From the IMG/VR virus record IMGVR_UViG_3300031134_000001, positions 207,027 through 271,026 of that record: a DNA stretch of 64,000 nucleotides; one strand, given 5' to 3'. The first letter of the stretch is position 1. The number at the start of each line of letters is the position of its first letter. Below are positions 1 through 8,463 of this stretch, one piece after another. Under the pieces are notes generated by a model. The model searched no databases. It was not told the DNA's origin and saw only the letters and a program-made list of their open reading frames with translations. This stretch comes from a virus (lineage: Duplodnaviria > Caudoviricetes). A program made the translations under genes and the position numbers.

Positions 1-39
1 AAGAAGCGCTGGTCTCGTGATCATTTAACGGCATAAGAC

Positions 40-70
40 AGAGAGCCTTCGGGCTCTCTTCTTTTTCTAT
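40..70 (+). terminator. Intrinsic terminator
   Basis: AGAGAGCC-TTCG-GGCTCTCT stem-loop (40-59) followed by T-rich tract. Confidence 0.85.
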
Positions 71-91
71 GCTTTCTTTTTTTGTTTCCTT

Positions 92-355
92 ATGCCGCCT
101 GATGTAGAACTCAAAGAATTGTTAAAACGCGTTCGCGCCTGGCACACAGTCAGGATGCGAAGATACAAGAACGACTTACCGGACGACGTCTACTACGCCG
201 CTTACTTACCCAGCTTACAATTATACCAACGCGCTAAGCAGAGTTACTACCTTAGCGATTTACGAGAACTGCGCATTATTGCAAGATCCGTCAATTACCA
301 CATTGAACCGTGGTCAGTGACGGCGTGGTACGCGTTAAACACTAAGAAGGTGTGA
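92..355 (+). CDS. Hypothetical protein (87 aa), possibly spurious
   Basis: Only ORF in the gap between terminator and promoter; no clear RBS; its ATG is part of the recurrent TATGCCGCC motif. Confidence 0.3.
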   Translation: MPPDVELKELLKRVRAWHTVRMRRYKNDLPDDVYYAAYLPSLQLYQRAKQSYYLSDLRELRIIARSVNYHIEPWSVTAWYALNTKKV

Positions 356-360
356 ATTTA

Positions 361-378
361 TTTCACGCCTATATCACT
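361..378 (+). promoter_or_regulatory. Candidate early (virion RNAP) promoter TTTCACGCCTATATCACT
   Basis: Near-identical copy at 36374, related copies at 12498 and 52748; resembles phiKZ early consensus TATATTAC; heads a plus-strand operon. Confidence 0.65.
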
Positions 379-458
379 TAGGTGTTGTAGAGAGAAAACA
401 ACAACAGTTCTTTTCGTTATTTGACTTACTTACAAAAATCAACTACAGGAGTTAGATC

Positions 459-1214
459 ATGGCGGTGGCAGGAGCACATTACAAGAAGTTCAATGAAGAC
501 GAGTGGGACATTATCGAAGAACGCTTTCCGCCAAGCGTTTCGCATTACAAGCAGATTTTCGAAGAAGACCATCGCAAGCACTACAAGATCCGCGTAACGG
601 AAAACGGCATCAAAGTCGATCGCGTCGTTATTATCAGTGACGTTGATTTCGACGACATGATTCACGTTACGATGGAAGAAGCGACGGTACATCCAGATTC
701 GGACGATACCCATTTCGTCATGCACCGTGAAAAGTTTAAGATTCACGCTAACGTGCTGGATGAAGTTGAATTTCGCTTCAAGTATATCAGGTACTTCCTG
801 ATGCAAACGATCAACCCTAAAACCGTCCCACCGTTTGATCTGATCATTAAAGCTGAAAAGATTACGAAGGACTGGTTGGGTCGCAGCTCCACTAAAGTGG
901 TGCTGTTTTTGGACAAAGGTGATGTCGGCGATCAATGGTGTTACAAGATCACGTCAGTGAGTTATCCTGACAAAATCATCGTATCGCACCTCGACCCCGC
1001 TACGGCCGACGGCCCTCTGTACTCCAAGCTCGTGAACGTGTGGCATGATGGCCTACGTCAAGGACGACTGCAAGGCGTCGTAGAAGTGGGGGAAAAGATG
1101 GCGATGAATACCTTTCGTGAAGCGTTCACCGCCGGCCAAATCCTCCAAGGAGAAATCCCCGATTCCGTGCGCGAGTTCTTGCGAAACGGTTTTATTGACC
1201 AGCTGAAAAAATAA
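459..1214 (+). CDS. Hypothetical phage protein (251 aa)
   Basis: AGGAG RBS, first gene of operon, no family recognised. Confidence 0.85.
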   Translation: MAVAGAHYKKFNEDEWDIIEERFPPSVSHYKQIFEEDHRKHYKIRVTENGIKVDRVVIISDVDFDDMIHVTMEEATVHPDSDDTHFVMHREKFKIHANVLDEVEFRFKYIRYFLMQTINPKTVPPFDLIIKAEKITKDWLGRSSTKVVLFLDKGDVGDQWCYKITSVSYPDKIIVSHLDPATADGPLYSKLVNVWHDGLRQGRLQGVVEVGEKMAMNTFREAFTAGQILQGEIPDSVREFLRNGFIDQLKK

Positions 1215-1222
1215 GGTACACC

Positions 1223-1960
1223 ATGGAAATTCGTAGACACGCTGGCAGTCTGGATGACTCGATAGCAACTGCCAAAGAGATCCCGAACACAATGGCCGCG
1301 ATTCGCGCGTACGCTCTTGAGCAAGCGAAGTATCTCTCCTATACGGAAGAAGAACTGGCTTCGTTTGCTGTGGAACCGCATAGCGGCCCTGATGAGCGCA
1401 TTGGTTGGGATGCCACGTTCATCATCACGTACGTGAGTCACAACACCGGTAGCCGTGGTGTGTTTGGATTTTGCGATCAAGCGCCAGAGGAAGGCATTTA
1501 CGCCAAACTTCTCAACCTCAATGGACCGACCCGCGGTGGCAACTTCTACCCGGCAGCGTTGATGGCAGAAGCGGTCAAGAAGTTCAATGCTAAGAACCGC
1601 GGAGAATTCTTCGGCGAGACGCGTACTCCCGATATATCGATCGAAGGTCTTGGGTTAGCACCTGATACTCCCTATAAAGATCGCGCCGACGCGCAAATAA
1701 GGCGGGTCGCGATGGTGGCTGGTGATGAGATGGCTCTTCAAGGCACGAACTTGCGCATTGAAGACGGGTTCGTTGTCGCCACTGTTAAACCAGCAGGCGT
1801 GGCAGCTAACGTCGTGGAAATGTTACAAAATGCCGGTAAGGTACATTTCGCCATGCGCGCGTTTGTCAGCTACGAGTTTCAATTGCCGATGGACCAAGGC
1901 CCGCGGGTGGTGGATCGGTGCGACATCGTAACCTTCGATCTGTGTGATAAACCCCTGTAA
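1223..1960 (+). CDS. Prohead-protease-like protein (T4 gp21/phiKZ gp175 type fold), probably inactive, with extra N-terminal domain
   Basis: NLNGPTRGGNFYP...GETRTP...VKPAG...FAMRA...IVTFD parallels N..GR.YP...GELGHP...VKPAG...FSIRG...TFD; His and Ser positions substituted. Confidence 0.55.
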   Translation: MEIRRHAGSLDDSIATAKEIPNTMAAIRAYALEQAKYLSYTEEELASFAVEPHSGPDERIGWDATFIITYVSHNTGSRGVFGFCDQAPEEGIYAKLLNLNGPTRGGNFYPAALMAEAVKKFNAKNRGEFFGETRTPDISIEGLGLAPDTPYKDRADAQIRRVAMVAGDEMALQGTNLRIEDGFVVATVKPAGVAANVVEMLQNAGKVHFAMRAFVSYEFQLPMDQGPRVVDRCDIVTFDLCDKPL

Positions 1961-1981
1961 CTGTAAGAAAGAACCAACAAC

Positions 1982-2920
1982 ATGAATGAAGCTGCTATCC
2001 TTTCCGACCGCCAGATCCGTGAACTGTGCGAGAAACCTGTCGGCACCCTGCGTTACACCGATTCCCGCCATGGTCCGGTTACTGAAGAACGTCGGGTACA
2101 AGTCTACGCTGATCAACTCGTTAACGGGTATCGCCAACACTTTGATGCTTACGCGGAAAAGCACGGCGGTAAACAGATCCACGGTACACGCATTACGCTG
2201 CATGACGTTCACAGCGACGTCTATCAAGAGCACTATCGCGACTTCCAACCAATGATCGAACCGTTTTCTCCGCACCAAGTTCGCGAGAACGAGCGCAACG
2301 CTACGGACGAAGAAGTGTATGTGATTCAACGCATGCTCAATGAAGAAGGTGTCGGCAATAAAGTTGACATCATCGCGGAACTGCAAAAGAAATGGCCTAG
2401 CATCCGGTCATTCCGGCTAGACATCATGCTGGGCTACCAGATCCTGGAAAAGATCGTCAGCTACGGTTTGACCTCGTTCGGTTACGATGTGCGCTGCGGT
2501 CGTGAATTCAAGATCTTCACCAACATCAATTCCACGCTGATCGATCCGAAGAACTTCGACGACAAGAACTTCGTGGACTTCGTCGGCGACGTTTGCATTA
2601 TCCCGCCCAATTCGTTCGTGCTGGCCCGGACCATGGAACGCTTTGATCTGCCCCGCGACATCGTCGCTGACTGCGTGGGTAAGTCCACTTACGCCCGGTG
2701 CGGCATCTCCATCATGGTCACGCCACTCGAACCTGAGTGGGACGGCTACCTGACGCTGGAGTTCGCCAACACGACCCCGCTGCCAGCCAAGCTGTATGCT
2801 GGTGAAGGTTGTGGTCAGATCCGCTTCTTCCGCGGCAGCGAAGGCTGCGAGACGTCGTACCGTGACCGTGGTGGCAAGTACCTCGGTCAAACCGATCAAC
2901 CTGTCACACCGAAGATGTAA
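1982..2920 (+). CDS. dcd: dCTP deaminase with two large N-terminal insertions
   Basis: [74 protein letters not shown]. Confidence 0.95.
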   Translation: MNEAAILSDRQIRELCEKPVGTLRYTDSRHGPVTEERRVQVYADQLVNGYRQHFDAYAEKHGGKQIHGTRITLHDVHSDVYQEHYRDFQPMIEPFSPHQVRENERNATDEEVYVIQRMLNEEGVGNKVDIIAELQKKWPSIRSFRLDIMLGYQILEKIVSYGLTSFGYDVRCGREFKIFTNINSTLIDPKNFDDKNFVDFVGDVCIIPPNSFVLARTMERFDLPRDIVADCVGKSTYARCGISIMVTPLEPEWDGYLTLEFANTTPLPAKLYAGEGCGQIRFFRGSEGCETSYRDRGGKYLGQTDQPVTPKM

Positions 2921-2921
2921 C

Positions 2922-3356
2922 ATGAGCCAAGAAATCAACGGTCCTCATCTTGAGACGAATGGTTTTTACTTTCTTCTCAAGAAAGCAGCTTGCGCTACCT
3001 CGCTCAGAAACGCTTTGAGCAGTCACGCTTCTGGCGAGCCCCTCCATCCGAGTTATCTGCATTCGTGGCTCGCTGTCCTGCAAACCTTCAGTCTCTTCCG
3101 GCGGCATCAGATCGTCTTCGAAAAGGAAATCTTGTTTGAGCCAATCGTCATTACCGACGGTAAGCTCGAACCAGTGCTTGATGCCAAGCTGTGCGGCGTT
3201 CTGGTGATCTCTCCGTCGGAAGACTACGAGGGCGGTGAATACAACGGCGCCAAGGTCGAACAAGGCGGCGCTGTGTTCTATCGCCCTGAAGACTACCAAG
3301 ACTTCGCACCGGTCACGGAAGGCGAATGCAAGGCGTACTACTTCGCACTTAAATAG
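2922..3356 (+). CDS. Degenerate 2OG-Fe(II) oxygenase-like (PKHD/PiuC-type) protein; start revised to 2922
   Basis: SPSEDYEGGE...QGGAVFY...PVTEGE matches the family C-terminus; metal-binding His residues not seen. Confidence 0.5.
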   Translation: MSQEINGPHLETNGFYFLLKKAACATSLRNALSSHASGEPLHPSYLHSWLAVLQTFSLFRRHQIVFEKEILFEPIVITDGKLEPVLDAKLCGVLVISPSEDYEGGEYNGAKVEQGGAVFYRPEDYQDFAPVTEGECKAYYFALK

Positions 3357-3362
3357 CAGTTC

Positions 3363-3392
3363 AGCCGAGGGCTCGCAACCCTCGGCTTCTTA
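3363..3392 (+). terminator. Possible intrinsic terminator
   Basis: AGCCGAGGG/CCCTCGGCT 9-bp stem, short T tract. Confidence 0.6.
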
Positions 3393-3410
3393 CCAGGGAA
3401 AGGATGCAAC

Positions 3411-3788
3411 ATGCTTGAACCAGTTTGGAAACGCACTAAAGGCTATAACTTGCTGGACCCGTACCAAAGCATCCAAACCATCGAAGACGGTAACCTGACA
3501 ATGGCTGCGTTGCGGTCATTGTTTCCAGATGGCCAAGCCAACGCCATGAACCTGGCGATGTTCTCGACCGGTGGTACGTTTGGCACGTTTGCCACGATCG
3601 AGGACGTGGAAGCAGAAATCAAACAAAATGGCTTTACGTTTGATGGCTTGACGTTCGTGGTGGTGCAACCACGGGTTTTGTGCTTGCGTTACGGCAGAGC
3701 TTATCCGGAGAACGACGACGACTTCGCGTTCTTAAAGAAGCTGCGAACAACCTCGAACGAAGTGTTCGGCAAGATCGGTCAGCCGTGA
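3411..3788 (+). CDS. Hypothetical phage protein (125 aa)
   Basis: AAGGA RBS, operon spacing. Confidence 0.85.
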   Translation: MLEPVWKRTKGYNLLDPYQSIQTIEDGNLTMAALRSLFPDGQANAMNLAMFSTGGTFGTFATIEDVEAEIKQNGFTFDGLTFVVVQPRVLCLRYGRAYPENDDDFAFLKKLRTTSNEVFGKIGQP

Positions 3789-3789
3789 T

Positions 3790-4149
3790 ATGGGCTTCTT
3801 AGATGAGCTAAGTCAGCGTTTGTATAACGCCACTAAACGCCAATACCTCGAAATGAGATACGGTGCACCTTGGCCATATCCAGACGCAGCTGGAGTGGGT
3901 CTGCATATCACCAACATCCAACTTGATGCGCAACGTTTTGTAGATGCAATTCGTGGAGCCGGCTGCCCTACGAACATGGCAATCGAACTCGCCGGTAATC
4001 TTGCTTTGAACGGGGAAATCAAAACCACCATATCGCAGCAAGTCGATCTGTTATCTGCGATCGACGACATAAAGAAAAGTGGCGCAGCTGTGCAAGTTAT
4101 TGCGCCTGCCCAGAAATACATAAACGGTTTACATCATGAGTCCGTATAA
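3790..4149 (+). CDS. Hypothetical protein (119 aa)
   Basis: Abuts upstream stop, coupled operon. Confidence 0.8.
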   Translation: MGFLDELSQRLYNATKRQYLEMRYGAPWPYPDAAGVGLHITNIQLDAQRFVDAIRGAGCPTNMAIELAGNLALNGEIKTTISQQVDLLSAIDDIKKSGAAVQVIAPAQKYINGLHHESV

Positions 4150-4321
4150 CAATCCGCCTCCGACGGGTATTTCCAACGAAGGTTACATGGGTTTTTCACT
4201 GAAACAATTGGCTGCGCTGTCTCAGCCGGCTAAACCTTGGTGGAAAGATATCTTCACCATCAGCGAATTGATTGTCATTGGCTTTTCGATCATCAAGGGT
4301 TTGATTGTTTACTATAACTAA
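4136..4321 (+). CDS. Small membrane protein (61 aa)
   Basis: C-terminal hydrophobic segment IFTISELIVIGFSIIKGLIVYY. Confidence 0.6.
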   Translation: MSPYNNPPPTGISNEGYMGFSLKQLAALSQPAKPWWKDIFTISELIVIGFSIIKGLIVYYN

Positions 4322-4338
4322 CAACATCGGAGGTCGCT

Positions 4339-5115
4339 GTGAAAATCACTATCCTACCGCCACAAGAAGCGCCCAAGCAACTCACTGCCCAACATCGCTC
4401 TAAGTCATTAGGGGAACATTTCGAAGCGTTCATGAGCGTGAACAACATCCGTGGGTTCATGGATGAGTTGTGCGTTGAAGAACCGATCGTGGAAGAAGTC
4501 GCTGCGATGTGGTTGATTGTTGTCTGGGAAGTACAGTACCAGCGACAAGTCGAAGCAATGCGTTTGTATGCCGAGCAACAATGGCTGCTGGAACGTAAAG
4601 CTACGCAAGAGAAGAAGATGGCTGAGCGGGCAGCAAAGCGCGCGCTCGATACGCCTGTGTTGAAAACCGCGCAAGTAGCGCAGTCGATGGTGCGTGGGAC
4701 TGTAGCAGAAGCGGACTCTCAACTCTTCAAAACACCACTGCAGCAATACGACGAAGCTGTCAAACAAGCGCGGGCTAGTGGTAAGATGTTTGACATCGCA
4801 TCACCTAAGCCACTCCGTGACGCCGAGTATCGCGCCCGCTTGAATGAACTTTTGGCGGACAGTGAGATACTGATCTCCGAAGCAGAGATGAGTGATCGCA
4901 TGAAGACCTCACCGCTGCGCAAACATATCGTGGCTAGCCGAGATTTTTACTCGATGCGCGCCGTCACGCCAGAGCAAGCTAAAGCGATTGCCCAAGCTTA
5001 TCAGGAATCTTTGGCGCCTGTTTTCGTATCGACATTTGACATTCAAGAATTTCTGATGTCTTCACCAAAGTCGGAACCTACAGGCGCGTACCGCATCAAC
5101 CCGTACTTAAAATAA
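4339..5115 (+). CDS. Hypothetical coiled-coil-rich protein (258 aa)
   Basis: GGAGG RBS before GTG start. Confidence 0.8.
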   Translation: MKITILPPQEAPKQLTAQHRSKSLGEHFEAFMSVNNIRGFMDELCVEEPIVEEVAAMWLIVVWEVQYQRQVEAMRLYAEQQWLLERKATQEKKMAERAAKRALDTPVLKTAQVAQSMVRGTVAEADSQLFKTPLQQYDEAVKQARASGKMFDIASPKPLRDAEYRARLNELLADSEILISEAEMSDRMKTSPLRKHIVASRDFYSMRAVTPEQAKAIAQAYQESLAPVFVSTFDIQEFLMSSPKSEPTGAYRINPYLK

Positions 5116-5117
5116 CC

Positions 5118-5131
5118 AACAACTAAAAGGA
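5118..5131 (+). promoter_or_regulatory. A/C-rich leader plus RBS AACAACTAAAAGGA
   Basis: Identical 14-mer at 14256 and 15362, one-base variant at 5575; all end 6 nt before an ATG. Confidence 0.7.
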
Positions 5132-5137
5132 TCGCTC

Positions 5138-5572
5138 ATGAAGGAAAACTTTGATCCACACCAAGTGGTGATCTCCCGTGAGTATTTCAACACGCTCATT
5201 ACCATGGCCGGTATTAACGACGTACCTGCTGGGCGCAAGAACCATCCCAACCAAACGATCATTGGACGCATCCTCTGGCATGCGCGTAAGTTCAATCGCG
5301 CGCTTCACAATGAGCGGCAGGTGGATGTCGAAAAGGATCTGCTGATTAAACGGCATCAAAGACACAAGCGGACTCAGCTGATAAAAGAGTACGGCAACGG
5401 CACTAAGCAGGTCTTTGTTATGGATGGCGAGAACGATTGGCCAACTGTCATCTGTGGCGAAAGCCGCAAAAGTAAAATGCATATCCGCTGCATGGTGATC
5501 CGTGCTCACACATGTAACTTTGAAGCGGTTCATGTCGACAGCATTATCCGCATACCACGCGCATTTAAATAA
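5138..5572 (+). CDS. Hypothetical basic protein (144 aa)
   Basis: Strong RBS, operon context. Confidence 0.8.
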   Translation: MKENFDPHQVVISREYFNTLITMAGINDVPAGRKNHPNQTIIGRILWHARKFNRALHNERQVDVEKDLLIKRHQRHKRTQLIKEYGNGTKQVFVMDGENDWPTVICGESRKSKMHIRCMVIRAHTCNFEAVHVDSIIRIPRAFK

Positions 5573-5595
5573 CCAACAACTAAAAAGGAATCATC

Positions 5596-6831
5596 ATGCA
5601 GTTCTATATCGTCGGCGGCTATGTCCGCGATAAGGTTTTGGGCAGAATACCTAAAGACCGTGATCTCGTGGTCGTGGGAGCTACCGAGGCTGATATGCTG
5701 GAGTTTGGCTGTCGGCCGGTTGGTAAAGACTTTCCTAGCTTCATCGGTCCAGATGGCGATGAAATTTCCATGGCGCGCCGTTCCCGTAATGGCGGGGTCG
5801 CTGACTTCGGTCCTGAAGTTACCCTCGAAGAAGATCTGGGTAAGCGAGATCTGACCATCAACGCCATGGCCATGGGCGAAGCCTACGAGGGTGATGCGTC
5901 GCTGATCGATCCGTATTTCGGCCACGACGACCTGCTTAACAAAGTGCTGCGTATGGTCAGCGAAGAAGCGTTTCGTGAAGACCCTATCCGAGTGCTGCGT
6001 GTTGCGCGGTTCGCTGCCCGCCTTCCGGACTTCCGGATCGACACCGACACCATGCATGTCATGAAGTCGCTCGTGATGGAAGGCAAACTCGACAACCTCG
6101 TGCCGGAACGGGTGTGGAAAGAACTGCACCGCGGCCTGATGGAAACCCAGCCCTCCAGGATGCTCAAGACGCTGCGTTTTTGCGGTGCACTCAAAGCCAT
6201 CCTGCCGGAAGTCGATGCGCTCTACGGGGTCCCACAACCTGCCCAATGGCATCCTGAAGTGGATACGGGCATTCATATCGAACAAGTGCTCGACTACGCG
6301 GCCAGCCAAGACTTTGCGCTGCCGGTGCGTGTGGCTGCGTTGCTGCATGACGTCGGTAAAGCATTAACACCGGCTGACACGTGGCCTGCTCACCATGGTC
6401 ATGAAGGACTGGGCGAGCGCACTGCGCTGGCTGTGTGTGAGCGTCTGCGCGTGCCGGACTCTATCGCCCGTGTGGTGGCAATGACGACCCGTGAGCACGG
6501 TAACGTGCATGCAGCACTGAAGCTGCGGCCTGTGTCTGTGACGCGGTTGCTGCGTAAGTGCGACGCATTCCGTAATCCCGATCGTTTTCAATACATGCTG
6601 CAAGCCTGCATGTGCGACGCACGTGGTCGTAAGTCCGACACCGTGAGCTTTGAAAACGTTGAGTATCCACAAGCCATGCGCTTGAGCGGTGCTCTGTGGG
6701 CAGCCCGGCAAGTCAAAGGCCATGACATCGCTGCCAAGTTCAAAGATCGTCCTGAAGAGATCGCAGTTCACATCCACGCTGAACGCGCCCGCGCTATCCG
6801 TCGCTTCGAAAAACAACACCCCGTCAATTAA
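5596..6831 (+). CDS. cca: tRNA nucleotidyltransferase (class II CCA-adding enzyme family) with HD domain
   Basis: VGGYVRD..LG...KDRD, KRDLTINA, EDPIRVLRVARFAAR, PERVWKE, HPEVDTGIH, LLHDVGK. Confidence 0.96.
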   Translation: MQFYIVGGYVRDKVLGRIPKDRDLVVVGATEADMLEFGCRPVGKDFPSFIGPDGDEISMARRSRNGGVADFGPEVTLEEDLGKRDLTINAMAMGEAYEGDASLIDPYFGHDDLLNKVLRMVSEEAFREDPIRVLRVARFAARLPDFRIDTDTMHVMKSLVMEGKLDNLVPERVWKELHRGLMETQPSRMLKTLRFCGALKAILPEVDALYGVPQPAQWHPEVDTGIHIEQVLDYAASQDFALPVRVAALLHDVGKALTPADTWPAHHGHEGLGERTALAVCERLRVPDSIARVVAMTTREHGNVHAALKLRPVSVTRLLRKCDAFRNPDRFQYMLQACMCDARGRKSDTVSFENVEYPQAMRLSGALWAARQVKGHDIAAKFKDRPEEIAVHIHAERARAIRRFEKQHPVN

Positions 6832-6841
6832 GGAGTAATAC

Positions 6842-8011
6842 ATGGGCGGCAACGCACTGATGTTTGCGCACACTGAGCGCAAGAACAAAGAGCAGTACAC
6901 TGAAATCACCCGCACCGTGATCGACAAGTTGTGCGAACTGTTCCCGGCAACCGAGATGGCAGCGATCAAATCGATCGAAGGTAAAGAGACCTTTGGCGAC
7001 TGCGACATTTTGTTGGTCGATAAGAACCTGCCGGCAAACTGGATCTACCAAGTCCAGCAAGCATTCCATACCAAGGAAATGCTGATCAACCGACTGGGTG
7101 GTGGACCGCTTCGCTTCATTGACCCTAACATCGCGTTGGAGGTGGAGCACGTCGCCCTGCACGACGGTAGCCACTACGATGTGCCGCAGTCAGCTATCCC
7201 GTCTTCGACAGTGTCGTTTGCGTTCGAGGATTTCCAGATCGATCTGATGATCACCCAACCAGAAGACTTCGAGATCGCCCAAATCTACTACGCTTACAAC
7301 GACCTCGGTAACCTCATGGGGCGCATCGCTGATGCCATGGGGTTCAAGTTCGGCTGGAGCGGCCTGTGGAAGAACCTCGATGAAGGTAGCGAGACATACG
7401 CGAAGTTGTGCGTCTCGCGCGACCCTCGCCCCATCTTCGAGTTGTTGGGATACGATTACGATCGCTATTTGGTCGGATTCGAATCGTTCGAGAACATGTA
7501 CGAATACGCTGCTTCGTCGCAGTGGTTTCACAGTGCGCTTTACCAGTTTGAAAACCGCAATCACAAAGACCGCGTGCGTGATGAGAAGCGCGCATCGTAC
7601 CGCGGTTTCGTGGCGTGGCTGGAAGGCAAACCATGGCTGAACAAACACACATGGACCCGGTACGAGCTGGGCACCAATCCACCGGCTCGGGTGCGGGAAA
7701 AGGAGGCACATCTGCGCCGGGCTTTGAGCCGGCATACGAGTTTCCGCCTGAGTGTCGATATCGAAAAGCGGCGGTACGTGGCAGTCAAAGGCGCCAAGAA
7801 GATCTGGAACGGTGAGATCATTTCCAAACTCACTGGGTTTACGGGTATGGAGTTGGGCGACTTCATGCGTCACTGCAAAGAAACGACGTATTGGGAAGGG
7901 GAGTTTGTTTCGTTTGAAGAACTTCTGTACGTACGTCGTCATGCGATCAATGTCCCTGCCATGGTTCGTGACCGCCTGCAGCATTTCAAACGGAAAGTCG
8001 ATGACGCGTAA
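6842..8011 (+). CDS. Pol-beta-superfamily nucleotidyltransferase-like protein (389 aa)
   Basis: SIEGKETFGDCDILL resembles S.R.K.T.GD.D.L; FQIDL supplies a candidate third acidic residue. Confidence 0.7.
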   Translation: MGGNALMFAHTERKNKEQYTEITRTVIDKLCELFPATEMAAIKSIEGKETFGDCDILLVDKNLPANWIYQVQQAFHTKEMLINRLGGGPLRFIDPNIALEVEHVALHDGSHYDVPQSAIPSSTVSFAFEDFQIDLMITQPEDFEIAQIYYAYNDLGNLMGRIADAMGFKFGWSGLWKNLDEGSETYAKLCVSRDPRPIFELLGYDYDRYLVGFESFENMYEYAASSQWFHSALYQFENRNHKDRVRDEKRASYRGFVAWLEGKPWLNKHTWTRYELGTNPPARVREKEAHLRRALSRHTSFRLSVDIEKRRYVAVKGAKKIWNGEIISKLTGFTGMELGDFMRHCKETTYWEGEFVSFEELLYVRRHAINVPAMVRDRLQHFKRKVDDA

Positions 8012-8369
8012 GATGGTGCATCTTGCAATTACCCGGCAGCTAAGTCGCTGGTCGATTGACTACATGCAGCCGTATCAGTTGCTAACGCATTACTTGATGG
8101 CGTCGTACGCGTATTACATTCTAGCGGAAAGCGTATGGGTGGATGACGACTACGACTTTTTGTGTAGTCGGTTATTAGAAGAGTTTGATAACTTCGAACA
8201 CCGGCACAAACACTTAACTGGCGTCGATGCGTTGGGAGCCGGTACCGCATACCACCTAAAGTCGGAAGATTATCCACCTCAAATCCGTCATGGCTTTCCG
8301 ACGTACATACGCAACATGAATGACGGCACCATCGAAAGCGACCTCTTAAAACAAGGTCGTTATAAATAA
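8001..8369 (+). CDS. Small protein resembling NAD-dependent DNA ligase domain Ia; start uncertain (8001 or 8013)
   Basis: YLMASYAYYILAESVWVDDDYDFL resembles YY...P...D.EYD.L. Confidence 0.55.
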   Translation: MTRKMVHLAITRQLSRWSIDYMQPYQLLTHYLMASYAYYILAESVWVDDDYDFLCSRLLEEFDNFEHRHKHLTGVDALGAGTAYHLKSEDYPPQIRHGFPTYIRNMNDGTIESDLLKQGRYK

Positions 8370-8463
8370 ACATCGGGAACTACGATCGTTTGACAGATGC
8401 GCTTCCCTATGGCAACTGTTCGCGACGTAGTTAACCGCACAAAACTAATAAAGGAAAACAAGC

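Noticed and set aside
2030-2460. Inteins or introns in dcd
   Set aside because: Inserts are in frame and lack N-terminal Cys/Ser and C-terminal His-Asn plus nucleophile; no endonuclease motifs
3790-4149. Resemblance to ribosomal protein L7/L12 C-terminal domain (...IKKSGAAVQV)
   Set aside because: Only the last few residues fit; the GLGLKEAK core is absent
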